From Eledone cirrhosa (lineage: Eukaryota), in NCBI GenBank assembly GCA_964016885.1, contig OZ024745.1:73532001-73596000 (forward strand): a stretch of 64,000 nt of DNA. Direction: 5' to 3'. Under the pieces are notes generated by a model, which saw nothing but the letters and a program-made list of their open reading frames with translations, did not search any database and was not told the origin of the DNA. This document shows positions 52,674 to 64,000 of this stretch, one piece after another. The number at the start of each line of letters is the position of its first letter. The first letter of the stretch is position 1. The position numbers and the translations under genes are program-made.

Positions 52674-55600
52674 GGCGACCTACGTAGTAAATCGTATCAT
52701 CGTGAGCTCCGCAAAGGTTTGTTATTTCCGTTTGTTAAAAATTGCCATTTATGGAAAATTTTATTGTTAACTGTTTATAAGCACACATACATTGTTTTCC
52801 GAAAAGGACACCCAAAAAGATTGGGGCCTTGTGCCCAAAATTTTAACTTTTATTATTATCCAAAAATTTCTTTGAAAAAAAATGGCTAATTCCCCTCTTC
52901 ACGAAGCAGCTGAAAGCTTTCCTCACAAAATAACACCTCACACCGACACCACCATTGTAAATGTTACTACGTTTGCCAACACAAAAAAAAATATAAGCAG
53001 TAGCAATATTTTAAATTTGTCTCAGGCAGACATTCATTTCCCGCCATTACCAATGACTGCAGGTGTTAAACCCTCCACCACCACCACCACCACCGCGACA
53101 ACCACCACCCCCACCACCACCGCGACAACAGAAACAAAAGAAGAAAAAAATAAATTAACTCATGACGTCGAAATGAAATCAAGCAAAATGGACTCTTCCG
53201 CACCAAAGACGACTGACGTCACCAACACCACAACTGAAACTAAAATTAATATTAACGATAGCAACAACAACAACAATGACATTATAAAACCGACCCTCAG
53301 TTTCGCCATCGTAGCAAAACAATTCGAAGCGTTCACGGTAACTCAAGAAGATTTAGAAAATGCCAAACAAATGGTAAAGAAAGATGGGTACAGGGTCAGC
53401 CTCACCCCCCACCTAATAAAATGGAGCATCGGCGCCTGTGCACCGTGTCGTATAGAACAATAAATGTAAAATCGCGCCGAGTGGAACGGGCATCCGATTC
53501 CCAAATCAAAAAAGCTTTGGGACATGTGTGGGCAAGAAAAACCCACATCAGACGTGGGCAAAAGTATGGAACCGTGGATGTGTTCTTTGAAACACCAGAG
53601 GAGGCTAGAGAACACTCCATGGCCCCATTAAAAAGTGACGACCTCACACTCGTCCCAAGCTATTGTGGCCAGAGACTCGTAAAGATCAGGGTGACCCACG
53701 TTCCACCGGCCATCGAAATTCCCTGGCTAATAGCGGCTGTCCTCGCCGGCATCGAAGCCAACACGAAAATAATAGCATTAGCAAAAGAAAAGCAGGAAAA
53801 CTGGTCCGGATCTGGGATGGAGCTCCTGATCCAAGCGGACCAAAAAAGCATTGAGGAGATCCCAGAGGTAATAGACCTCACTGACGGCAGCCACCTCACG
53901 GTAATTGTCGAGGGCAGAAGACCTAGGTGTGTCGTTTGTGGTGAAGGAACCCACCTAAGGGCTTTCTGCCCTCAGGCTAAAAGGTTGAGACCACCTCTCC
54001 TACCCACCCCAGTGACACAACCATCAACACCACCAGTAGCAGAGATGGCAGCAACAACTGTAGCAGCAACAACAGAAGCAACTATAACAGCAACAACCCC
54101 AGCAACAGTAGCAAAACCAACACCACTACCACCACCAGCAAAACCAACACCACCACCACCCAACGCTTCAGAACTAGCACCAGCGCCTACACCATCCACC
54201 ACACCACAACCAAAACTAACGGCTGTGGAGGATTTTCCACTCCCCGGCCTATCACAACTGGAGACAGATTGTGACGACGAGGAGTGGGAAACGATATCCG
54301 GAAAAAAAAAAGAAACCAAAAAAGAAAAAATTCTCTTCCTTCTCCCTCCAAAAACAAAACACAGAGGGAAACAAATAAACTAAGAAACAAAAAAGTTAGG
54401 ACAGATATGCCACCATCCACACCAGCATCACCAACCCCATCAACCCAAACACCAACACCATCACCATCATTAACTCCAACACCACCATCACCTACACCAC
54501 AAAAGTCACCAAAATGCGAAACAGAAACAAACCCACAACAAACGCAAACAAAACAAAACAACCAAAACGATACACACTACACAGCATTAAATTTGAACAA
54601 CAAGCAATTATTACACTACATCCAACACAACACCAGCATCACAGAAAAAGACTACACAACAACCCAAAAATTCACACCACCTCCACACATACAAATCACT
54701 CGCATCACACAGAAAACGTACATGACACTAAAACAAAAATTCCCAAAAGACATCGGAGACTTCCGACAAGCACTCTCCAGGAGGATTTATAAGGACATCC
54801 TTCCTGAGGAGGCCACAAGCAGTGAAAGGGATGGAAAAACCGTCCTTCCCCTACGAGAAGTAAGGTAAGTGGTCTTTCCCATCTTTTCCACTCCTTTTCA
54901 ACATGACTTCACTCAGAATAGGCAGCATAAATGCGCGTGGCTTGGGGTCGTCATGGAAGCAGGGCCACCTGCTCAACGACCTCAGGTCACTAAACATAGA
55001 TGTAGTGGCCATCAGCGAGACCAGAATCTCCGAAGCACAGGCTTTCGCACCGATCTTCGGCGGCTACAATGTGTACGCATCTCCCAGCCGTCCGGGATCG
55101 GGGGAGGAGTTGCTGTGCTTTTTCGGAGAGGTTTGGATCTTGTCATACGGGCCATCTTCCTGGACCCAGAAGGTAAGTTGGTGGTGCTGGACGTGACCAG
55201 CGGAGACGGGCAAGCTTTCAGGTTAGTGGCCGTCTATGCCCCGACAGGAGCAGGGCGGCCTGATTTCTTCCGGCGTCTGGAGACCTTTCTTGGAACGTCC
55301 GCTCTTTAGTGTTAGTGGGCGACTGGAACGGGATCTTAGATGCACGCTGGGATTGTGTGGGATTAGTGGATAGGGAAGGAGGGTGCAACAGTCACACCAA
55401 CCTGCTCAGACGTTTTGAACTGTCTGACAGGTACCGAATGGATTTCCCGAATGTACCAATGTGGACTTGGACAAATCGCATAGGGTCATCCAGATCATAT
55501 CTAGATAGAGTATTTTGTAGGGAAATAGATAGGTCTAGCATAGGCTGTCCACAATTCAAGATAGTCAGCTACACGGACCACAAATTCGTGATCTGTGTGC

Positions 55601-58383
55601 TTGACTTAGATAGGCTTCATAGACGAGGACCAGGCTACTGGAAGCTAAACGCGTCCTTACCAGCGCGCAAGGCCTACAGAGACCGGATTAGCGAACTACT
55701 TAAGCGGGCGTTGACGGGGGCCATCGTCAACAACAAGTGGTGGTTTGCTCTGAAAAGAGCAATTAGAATAGAGTCCATTAGGTTTAGTAAGACTTTAGCA
55801 ATAGAGAAAAATAGAGCAGAGGGAGAATTAGTTAGAAAATTAGATGAGGCGCTTAGCAAAGGCATCGCGACCGACGTACTTGCGGCGAAATTGGCCCTTG
55901 ACCAATTCTTCAATGCAAAGCACGAAGGCTGCGTTGTCAAAGCTAGGGTGCGTGCTCTCAGACACGAGGGGACGAAAGCCGTTCAATGGGCCCGAGTGGC
56001 GGAGGCGCGTCGTGGCAACAAAGCCACGATCCGGTCTTTGGTGGACCACGACGGGCGCATGCTACTCGATCCCGGGCAAATGTGTGAAGCTTTTCAGCGA
56101 CACTTCGCTCAACTGTTCGGGGGCAGTGGCGGGCCGGTCGAGGGATGGAGTTTAGTGTCTACCTCGACGGACTGCCGCGGCTTTCGGCCACTGAGGCGGA
56201 GTGTTGCGAAAAGCCGATAACAACCGCTGAAGTACGGGATGCAATGACTAGTTGCACAAGGGGTAAATCGCCTGGTTTGGATGGTCTGCCCTATGAACTT
56301 TACGTACAAATGCCAAACTTGTTCGGAGGCCTCTTGGCGGACGTCTACTGCAACTGGCAACAGAACGGGAGAATTCCCAGCTCTGTGAGCCGAGGAGCGG
56401 TGGCGCTGCTGAGAAAGGATCCGAACAAGGGGGATAACATAGATAATTTTAGGCCCATAACTCTGCTAAACACAGAGTTCAAGATTTTGGCCAAGGTGCT
56501 AGCAAAGAGGTTGGCGCTTGTCGTTGGTGGTCTGGTGGGAGAGGCACAGACATGCGCCATTCCCGACAGATCCATCCACGACAACCTCCACCTCATGCGA
56601 TACATCGTAGAGAGGGTAGCTAGGGAACCTGGCACGGGTGGGTCTTTGATCAATTTAGATCAGTCGAAAGCCTTCGATAGGGTCGACCATCGTTACCTAA
56701 CGGCAGTCCTGAGGGCGGCTGGCTTTGGGCCTGTCTTCAGAGGCTGGATCGCTGCCATGCACAGCGACATCTGCTCTGTAGTGAGAGTGAACGGTCACCT
56801 TTCGGAACCGTTCAACATCATGCGCTCGGTCCGCCAAGGATGTCCCCTCTCGTCCCTATTGTACGTATTGACTCTCGAGCCATTACTGCACAAACTGGAG
56901 ACGTTGAGGGGGGTCCCGCGCGAACTAGAATGCGGAAGATCCGTGTCAGCATATGCCGACGATGTCACCGTAGTGGTGTCGAACGCCAAACACATCGAGG
57001 CGATCGGCACTACACTAAGAGAATACGAAGCGGTGACAGGAGCAATGATCAACCAGGAAAAGTCAGTGGGCCTGCAGCTCGGCACCTGGAGAGGCAGGTC
57101 CATGCCGTCCAACAGCGTCGTCGGGCGCTGGACGGACGGACCGGTTAAATTGCTAGGGGTCTGGTTCGGTCCAGACCTCCAGACGGACAAAAACTGGGAC
57201 GAGGTGACGAGCAGGGTGGCTTCTCTCACCCAGAAATGGGCCGAGAGGAAGCTATCCCTGAAAGGTCGAGCGGAGGTGGCGAATGCGTACATCGCATCCG
57301 TCATCTACTACCGCCTGACCGTCGTACCTTGTCCTAAGCCCCGCCTGACTGCGCTGGAGCGTTTGCTCTTTCGCTTCTTGTGGAAGGGACGCGCTCCGAT
57401 GGTCAGGCGGTCCATCTGCTGTCAACACCCGCTGCGTGGAGGGCTGGGCATGCCGTGGCTGATGATGTGCAGACACGCGCTCAGGCTACATCTCCACCTC
57501 TTCCTCGACGGTGATCAGGTGTGGTCGCCGTTTGCAAGACGCGTTTTTCCCCAGCTCGTCTCCTTGACGGAGCTGCAGTCCTGGGTCAAGCGAAGACCGA
57601 GAGGGAGCGCTTGGAGACTGGAATGTCGAGGAGCTTTGCCAGTTCGGGATAAACTCTACAGGCATGGAGGTGCCGTCAGCCGGGCATGTCCGAGATGCGC
57701 GCAGGGCGACGAAACCGTCCTGCACGCACTCATCCAGTGTCCGAGCATTGCTGACTTGTGGGTTTATGTCGAACACCTGCTGTCACGTGTAGGACGGATC
57801 CAGCTATCAGCTGAGTCCATCGTGAGGATTGCCCCGCCGCCTTCCTTTAGCCTGGAAGGGCAGGCAGTTTTTATCTGTCTGGTGGCCATGGCGAAAGAGA
57901 TAGTATGGTGGACACGTTTGAAAGGGCTGAAGACGAGCACTTACCTCTTCGGTGATGCCCTGATTAACTTTTTCAAATTTCATTTGAAAAGGAAAATCAG
58001 GGTAGAGAGGGAAGTGCTCTCTTCCCAGCATTTTGTTGAAAGATGGGTGAGAGAAGCAAGTATGGCCCGAATGAATGGGCCTTCTCTGAGTATGTGTCTG
58101 TAAATTAAAGGTGGAAAACTGGGAGAGGGCACTTGCCCTGGTGGTCAGGGCCACTGTGGTCTTTTAATGGGCTTTCTCCACAAATGTCCCTTGGAAGTCT
58201 CCCCCCTATTGGGGAATTTTTCTTTGTTATTTTATTTCAACCTCTGTTTTTTTACACGCAGAAATGCCCATTTGTACCGTCCTGTATTGTCCTGTACTGT
58301 CCTTAATGTCTACTTTATGTGAACCCTTGTGGTTAATAAAGAAAACATTATTATTATTACTATTATTATTATTATTATTATTA
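52674..58383 (+). mobile_element. Tx1/L1-clade LINE, unit 4 (ORF1 type B)
   Basis: Near-identical to unit 3; ORF1 52882-54868 and ORF2 54903-58103 are frameshifted; in-frame 213-nt deletion at 57626/57627. Confidence 0.93.
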
Positions 58384-58385
58384 TA

Positions 58386-58571
58386 GGGGCGGTGGATTGG
58401 CAGTATCGGTAGAGGGTCGGACGCCATGCTTTCCAGCATAGTTACGTCCCTCTACGATCTGAGTTCAAATCCCGCCGAGGTTGACTTCGCCTTTCATCCT
58501 TACGGGGTCGATAGAAATGAAGTACCAGTAATGCACTGGATAATTGCTGGCCTTGTGCCTAAAGTAGAAAC

Positions 58572-58577
<6 letters not shown>
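58386..58577 (+). mobile_element. tRNA-derived Nin-type SINE
   Basis: Near-identical to 1389-1580. Confidence 0.85.
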
Positions 58578-58612
<35 letters not shown>

Positions 58613-58614
<2 letters not shown>

Positions 58615-58774
58615 GAAAGAGACGATTCCACTACGACTGAGCTCTTGTTGTTTCAACAGCTTGTTCCAGCTTAGCCATTGGGTCCCGACTCGTTCATTTA
58701 ACTATACTCTACTACCCCAAGTGTCGAGGACTCTGGTGAGTAATGCTCTTACAGTTTCTTATTGTATCCATTTT
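58613..58774 (+). mobile_element. Diverged relative of the 674-867 hairpin element, in (TA)n
   Basis: Blocks CGACTGAGCTC..GTTTCAACAGCT and GGGTCCCGACTCGTTC..ACTCTACTAC..AAGT align with the reverse complement of 674-867. Confidence 0.55.
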
Positions 58775-59053
58775 ATATATATATATATATATATATTGAC
58801 TGCTATAAATATGTGAAGACAAGACTGAGTTGTCTAGAAATTTTCCTTGCAATCGCGTGGTCCCTGATTAGATTTCACTGGACTGGGAAATTTGGTAGAG
58901 AGAAATTTTGCGGAAGATATATAGAAGTAAATCGGTGCCTCCAACAAAAATATCTTTTGGTATTTAGGCATTGATTTACAGACCTTTACACTAGTTACTA
59001 ACAGATCAATAAAACATCTAGTAGACTAAATATTTTGGTCTATGTAATCGACG

Positions 59054-59140
<87 letters not shown>

Positions 59141-59614
59141 AACGCGTGCGCGCACATACAAAAACACACGCACACAATTCAAAAACTGAAACCAGCAAAA
59201 TTAAAGAAGATACAGAGTGCATTGTGGTATTAAGTATTTAGTAAACAAATCTCAACTCACTGTTTCGATTTACTACGTAGAAAGACTTCACTCTCTATTA
59301 CTAATATCCTTCGGTTGAGCATGAACTTTTGCTGTTCTATTTCCGTTTCTGTATATTTCTGAATCATGTGTACACGTGAATCATTGTGAGGCATGCACAA
59401 TATTGTCTGTGTCGTCATTGTGCGTCTGCATGTGTGTATATATGTGTTTGCGTATGTGTGTGTGTGTATGTGGGGGTTTATATGTGTTTGAATATCTTCG
59501 TTTGTACGTGAGTATATGTATCTGTTTGAGTGTACAGGTGCTTATGTTTTTATGTGTGTGTCTGTGTATATATTTTTTGTGTTAATGTATTTGTGAGTGT
59601 TTGGGAGTATGGAA

Positions 59615-59711
<97 letters not shown>

Positions 59712-60801
59712 CATTTATATATATATATGTATGTATATATATGTACATATATATGTGTAGATATATATATATATATATACATATGTATATATATATATAC
59801 ACATATATATATATGTGAGTGTTTGTGTGTATATGTCTGTGTGTATGTGTATTTGCGTGTATTTGTTCTTGTGTACATGTGTTTCTGCATACAAAACACA
59901 CAAATAAATGAAACAAAACTAAACAACAAAATAAGCTTCAAGAATATCAAAAGATCTCAATCTTCAGCAGACATTCACCTTTACACGAAACGTGTTTGTC
60001 TTGCTTCCTTCACTTCTTCGTCTTCTAAAACGTCTTGCATTTAAAATTACTTTGGCAATGCCAGAAACGGATCAATAAATGATGGTATAATTATATATAT
60101 CTCTATCACCACTAGCGCACTTAATATCAACATCAACGCTGGCCCGTTTGAACGATATACGAAACAATGAACAGTTTTTATAACCATGTTACCTTTAACG
60201 AGTCGATATAACCAATCATTATTTATTTATTATTTTTAGCTTGCCGTCTATAGGAAACGTTCGTTTACATTTTATTTTGTCGTTATTGTTATTGTTGCTA
60301 TTGTGGTTCTTATTGTTACTGTTGTTTAGTCTCAAAGGTATTCCAGCTGAGTCTACCTTGTCTTTTGTTCTCCCAGACATAGTGTATCTGGGATTGTATT
60401 ATCCAGTGTATTCTACACACATTTTACACAGGTTAGGGTGTGTTAAGGAAATGATTTGACTTCTATTTCTAGTAGATCAAACCTCTTCTTAGAGACATCT
60501 TTATGAAACACAACCTTAACAAATGCAGGAAAAATTATAGATTCAGAAGGAGCTTACAACAGCATGATGTACCAAGGAGCAGGTGATGGTGTTAACCTGG
60601 ATAGCATGAGGCAATGGTATAGTAAGGACCCGTAATTCCTGAGGGGTCGTAAGGGCGCCATATTGATATACAGCTTTTCTTAGGGTATTCTTTAAACTTG
60701 GCGGAGTCTATTCCCTTTCCAGGCCTGAATACAGCAGATATCTTCCAGAGAAGGATAGAGAGTGAAAGAAAGTGAAAAGAGATATAGAGGAAGAATCGGT
60801 T

Positions 60802-60952
60802 CCAGTATTAGACTGGTACTATTTTATTAAACTCAAATGGATGAATGACAAAGCTGACCTTGGCAAGATTTGAACTGAGAGAATAGAGAACCGGAAGGAA
60901 CACCACAAAACATTCTATCTGACGTTCTAACGACTCTATCAATTTGCCACCT
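60802..60952 (-). mobile_element. Degenerate Nin-type SINE
   Basis: CTGGTACTATTTTAT...GGATGAATGACAAAGCTGACCTTGGCAAGATTTGAACT is the reverse complement of the SINE core and B box. Confidence 0.6.
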
Positions 60953-62840
60953 ATATATGACGTAATAGAGAATACATTTTACTGAGAATGGTTTAGAGCA
61001 AAATATGAATAGTTTGTGGCATAAATCCTCTTTGGAAGACCTCGAACAGCTGGTAAGAAAAGTTGCAATCTCTCCATCGCTTATGAAGTGTAAGACCTTG
61101 CTGTGGTATAATGTGGATCGGGAGCGTGTTATGTATAACAACTAATTATATTCTTACTGTTGGTGATTTTGTCAACGTCGTTGTTGTCCTCCTCCTCCTC
61201 CTCCTCCTCCTCACACACTCACACATAGAATATTATAAGCATATTCCTACAAACATACTCTGTTCGGCTCTATAACATGACAATTAAGCAATACCTTTGA
61301 TATTTCACACGTGGAGTGCCGGTGAAACACCGCCCAGACTGGGATATAGAGGCTTTCTATCTTCGTTGCTTAATTCCTTCTTTTTTTCCACCCTTTTTCT
61401 TATTCTCCTCTCCTTTTTTGTTTCTTTATTACCAAGTATATTGTAGATCTGCCAACCCCTAAAAACCAAAACGAGGAGTACCATGAAAAAAAGTGCCCCT
61501 AAACGGGGAGAAATAAAGCAAAATGGGGAGATTTTACATAATGAAAGCTATACCCATTTTCACAAGAGAAGACATCTCTCACCCACCCCAAAGTGGGTGG
61601 GAGATCTTTCCGTTCGACTGGGAGAGTTGATAGGTCTGATATTGTCCAGTTCGTTTACTACTGGGCATTTTGTATTGCAATACATCATTTGAAGTTTCAT
61701 TTAGCAATAAATCACAAACTGACCCCATAACAAGTAAAAGCATTCAACAAATAATTAAGGGCTGTGACACTGCAGCAATATATTTCTCCTGCTCAAAACA
61801 CACTTAATATATTTCAATATTTGCTTGTCTTGCTGACACAGACCACCAATACTCTCTTCGAATTTTATTGATTATATTTCATGACTCCTAACTAGTTTAA
61901 CAAATAATCTTTTGTCAATGTACCGTTTAATCTTCATCTTGCAATTACACAACCTGCTATATTATCAGCTACTTTCCAATACCACGTCTAATGTATGTAG
62001 TACATTTGCCCTCTGAAAATATTCACATCTAATTTGAATTTCAGATTTTCTTCCAAGTATTTTCTTTATAGATATATGCAATTTCGACTGTGCACTGCTT
62101 TCCCTAAGAATTTGAATTTTGTTTTAACAAGCACAAATATTTTGTCGATAGTTGTAAATGTCTCGAATGCAGTACCATTTTGATTTTTGTTTTACACTTT
62201 TTGAAATATGTCACTGAACCTGCTTATTCCATGCTTTTACTCATTTCAGTCTTTCAACTGAAGCAAAGCTGGGACATCGCATTGAAGAGCTTTAGTCGAT
62301 CATATTGATCCTAGTGCTTATTTCAATCTTGTATAATACTTGTTTCATAAAAGGGTGTAACTTGACACAAGGCTTTACTTTGGCTTACGCCAATGCATAC
62401 TGGCATATACATATATACACACATACATAAATACATACACACACACACACATATATATATATGCATATATATACATATATATATACACACATACCTATAT
62501 TTACATATGCATATCCATACATATATATATGTATATATACATATACATACACACACATATATATATACATATATATATATACATATATATATATATAAAA
62601 GGAAAAGAAATCGAAAATGCAACTGAATCAACTGAATATAGCGTCAGTATATATATGTATATATATATATATATATATACACATATATATTAATAAAAGA
62701 TCGGAGGGCTATATTCAGTTGATTCAGTTGCATTTTCGATTTTTTTCCCTTATATACATATATACATATATACATATATACATACATACATCTGTATATA
62801 TATATATATAAATATGGATATATAAATATAAATATGTATA

Positions 62841-62961
<121 letters not shown>

Positions 62962-62966
62962 GTATA

Positions 62967-63021
<55 letters not shown>

Positions 63022-63115
63022 ATAAGGAAAAGAAATCGAAAATGCAACTGAATCAACTGAATATAGCCCTCCGATCTTTTATTAATATATATGTGTGTAT
63101 ATATATATATATATA

Positions 63116-63609
63116 TGGTGGCTGCCAACTCGTTTTCGAGTATGGCCACTACTTTATATCCATGTAGGAGAACTCCTACCGATGCGCTGAATGAGTGTGA
63201 CTTTTTAGTCCAGCCAGCGACTTGAAAACTCTGGTACAAACACTACACCTGTGACAACTTTTGACACATAGTGCTGGGCCCATGGTACCATGTGACGACA
63301 AGTGCAGAGAGATCTCCGGATATAAAGCAATGCCTGTGGCGTGAAGCTTTTATAGTGAGCAAAGGCACTGCACAAAGCCAGTCCCACTCTCTTAACCAAG
63401 ATGATATTTACTAAAAAGAAGAACAAGTTAACATCATTGGTTACCATCAGGGTTGCAGGTGTTATATCAGAGTTTTCCTTCTCCTAGAATTCTGCTTTGA
63501 CAAAGGCTAAGGGGTCATCTCTCCCGGTGATTTTGGATGGCCATTGACTCTTAAGAGCTCCGTTGCCCTTAGACAGGTTTTGTTTTTAGTCCTGCAGGAT
63601 GTCCAAAGT

Positions 63610-63612
<3 letters not shown>
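63116..63612 (-). mobile_element. Non-autonomous RTE-derived retroposon, 5'-truncated copy of 13718-14326
   Basis: Collinear high identity with 13718-14214. Confidence 0.8.
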
Positions 63613-63694
<82 letters not shown>

Positions 63695-63737
63695 ATATAT
63701 ATACATATATACATACACACACATACACACATATGTG

Positions 63738-63834
<97 letters not shown>

Positions 63835-63839
63835 GTATT

Positions 63840-64000
63840 ATTAGAAAGTGAGGTTTTTTTACAAACTGAAAAAAAACGAAGTGTCCCACACGAGTGAAAG
63901 TAAAGGAAAAAGGATGAAATCGAAAATGCAAGTGGAGCCTTTTTTTAATAAAAATATATATTTATTTGCTTCCTTTACCGGTTTCGCAGTTCTTCTGCTT
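63840..64000 (-). mobile_element. PLE terminal-repeat fragment with a hammerhead 3' half, cut by the window edge
   Basis: Minus strand gcag-aagaa-ctgc-GAAA-ccgg-TA-aagg...AATAAA; the CTGANGA box would lie beyond 64000. Confidence 0.55.

Noticed and set aside
57620-57632. The 213-nt in-frame deletion in unit 4 as a spliced-out intron
   Set aside because: The deleted segment (51688-51900 in unit 3) is not bounded by GT..AG.
41064-58154. Many antisense and alternate-frame ORFs repeated in each Tx1 unit
   Set aside because: Shadow frames of GC-rich ORF1/ORF2; their recurrence only reflects repeat identity.
35643-58383. LTR retrotransposon or CRISPR-like interpretation of the repeated units
   Set aside because: The units encode APE-RT with AATAAA and simple-repeat tails; there are no LTRs, integrase or repeat-spacer structure.
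61660-62220. Possible decayed transposase or host exon on the minus strand
   Set aside because: Only short stop-interrupted peptides, with no motif I could identify.

Overview
This is a repeat-saturated, AT-rich animal genomic window with no host gene I can support. The SINE types and microsatellite load suggest a mollusc, probably an octopus (inference). Main contents: (1) a near-intact RTE-clade LINE on the minus strand (about 15.1-18.9 kb) ending in three C2H2-type fingers, plus three short non-coding elements sharing its 3' hairpin; (2) a decayed R4/Dong-type RLE retrotransposon in (ATAC)n; (3) many Penelope-like element (PLE) remnants in (TA)n, arranged as inverted repeats or perfect palindromes and carrying type I hammerhead ribozyme motifs from several distinct families; (4) a ~22.7-kb head-to-tail array of four Tx1/L1-clade LINEs joined by (TTA)n, with two different 5'UTR+ORF1 modules on a near-identical ORF2; (5) tRNA-derived SINEs, a mariner-type MITE and Helitron-like fragments. 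The most interesting signal is in the Tx1 array. In every unit the ORF1 end overlaps a GTAAGT donor, followed by a pyrimidine tract and a CAG inside codons 4-5 of ORF2. In units 2-4, removing this 52-53-nt segment fuses ORF1 in frame to ORF2. All motif readings and alignments were done by eye, so boundaries may be off by a few bases.
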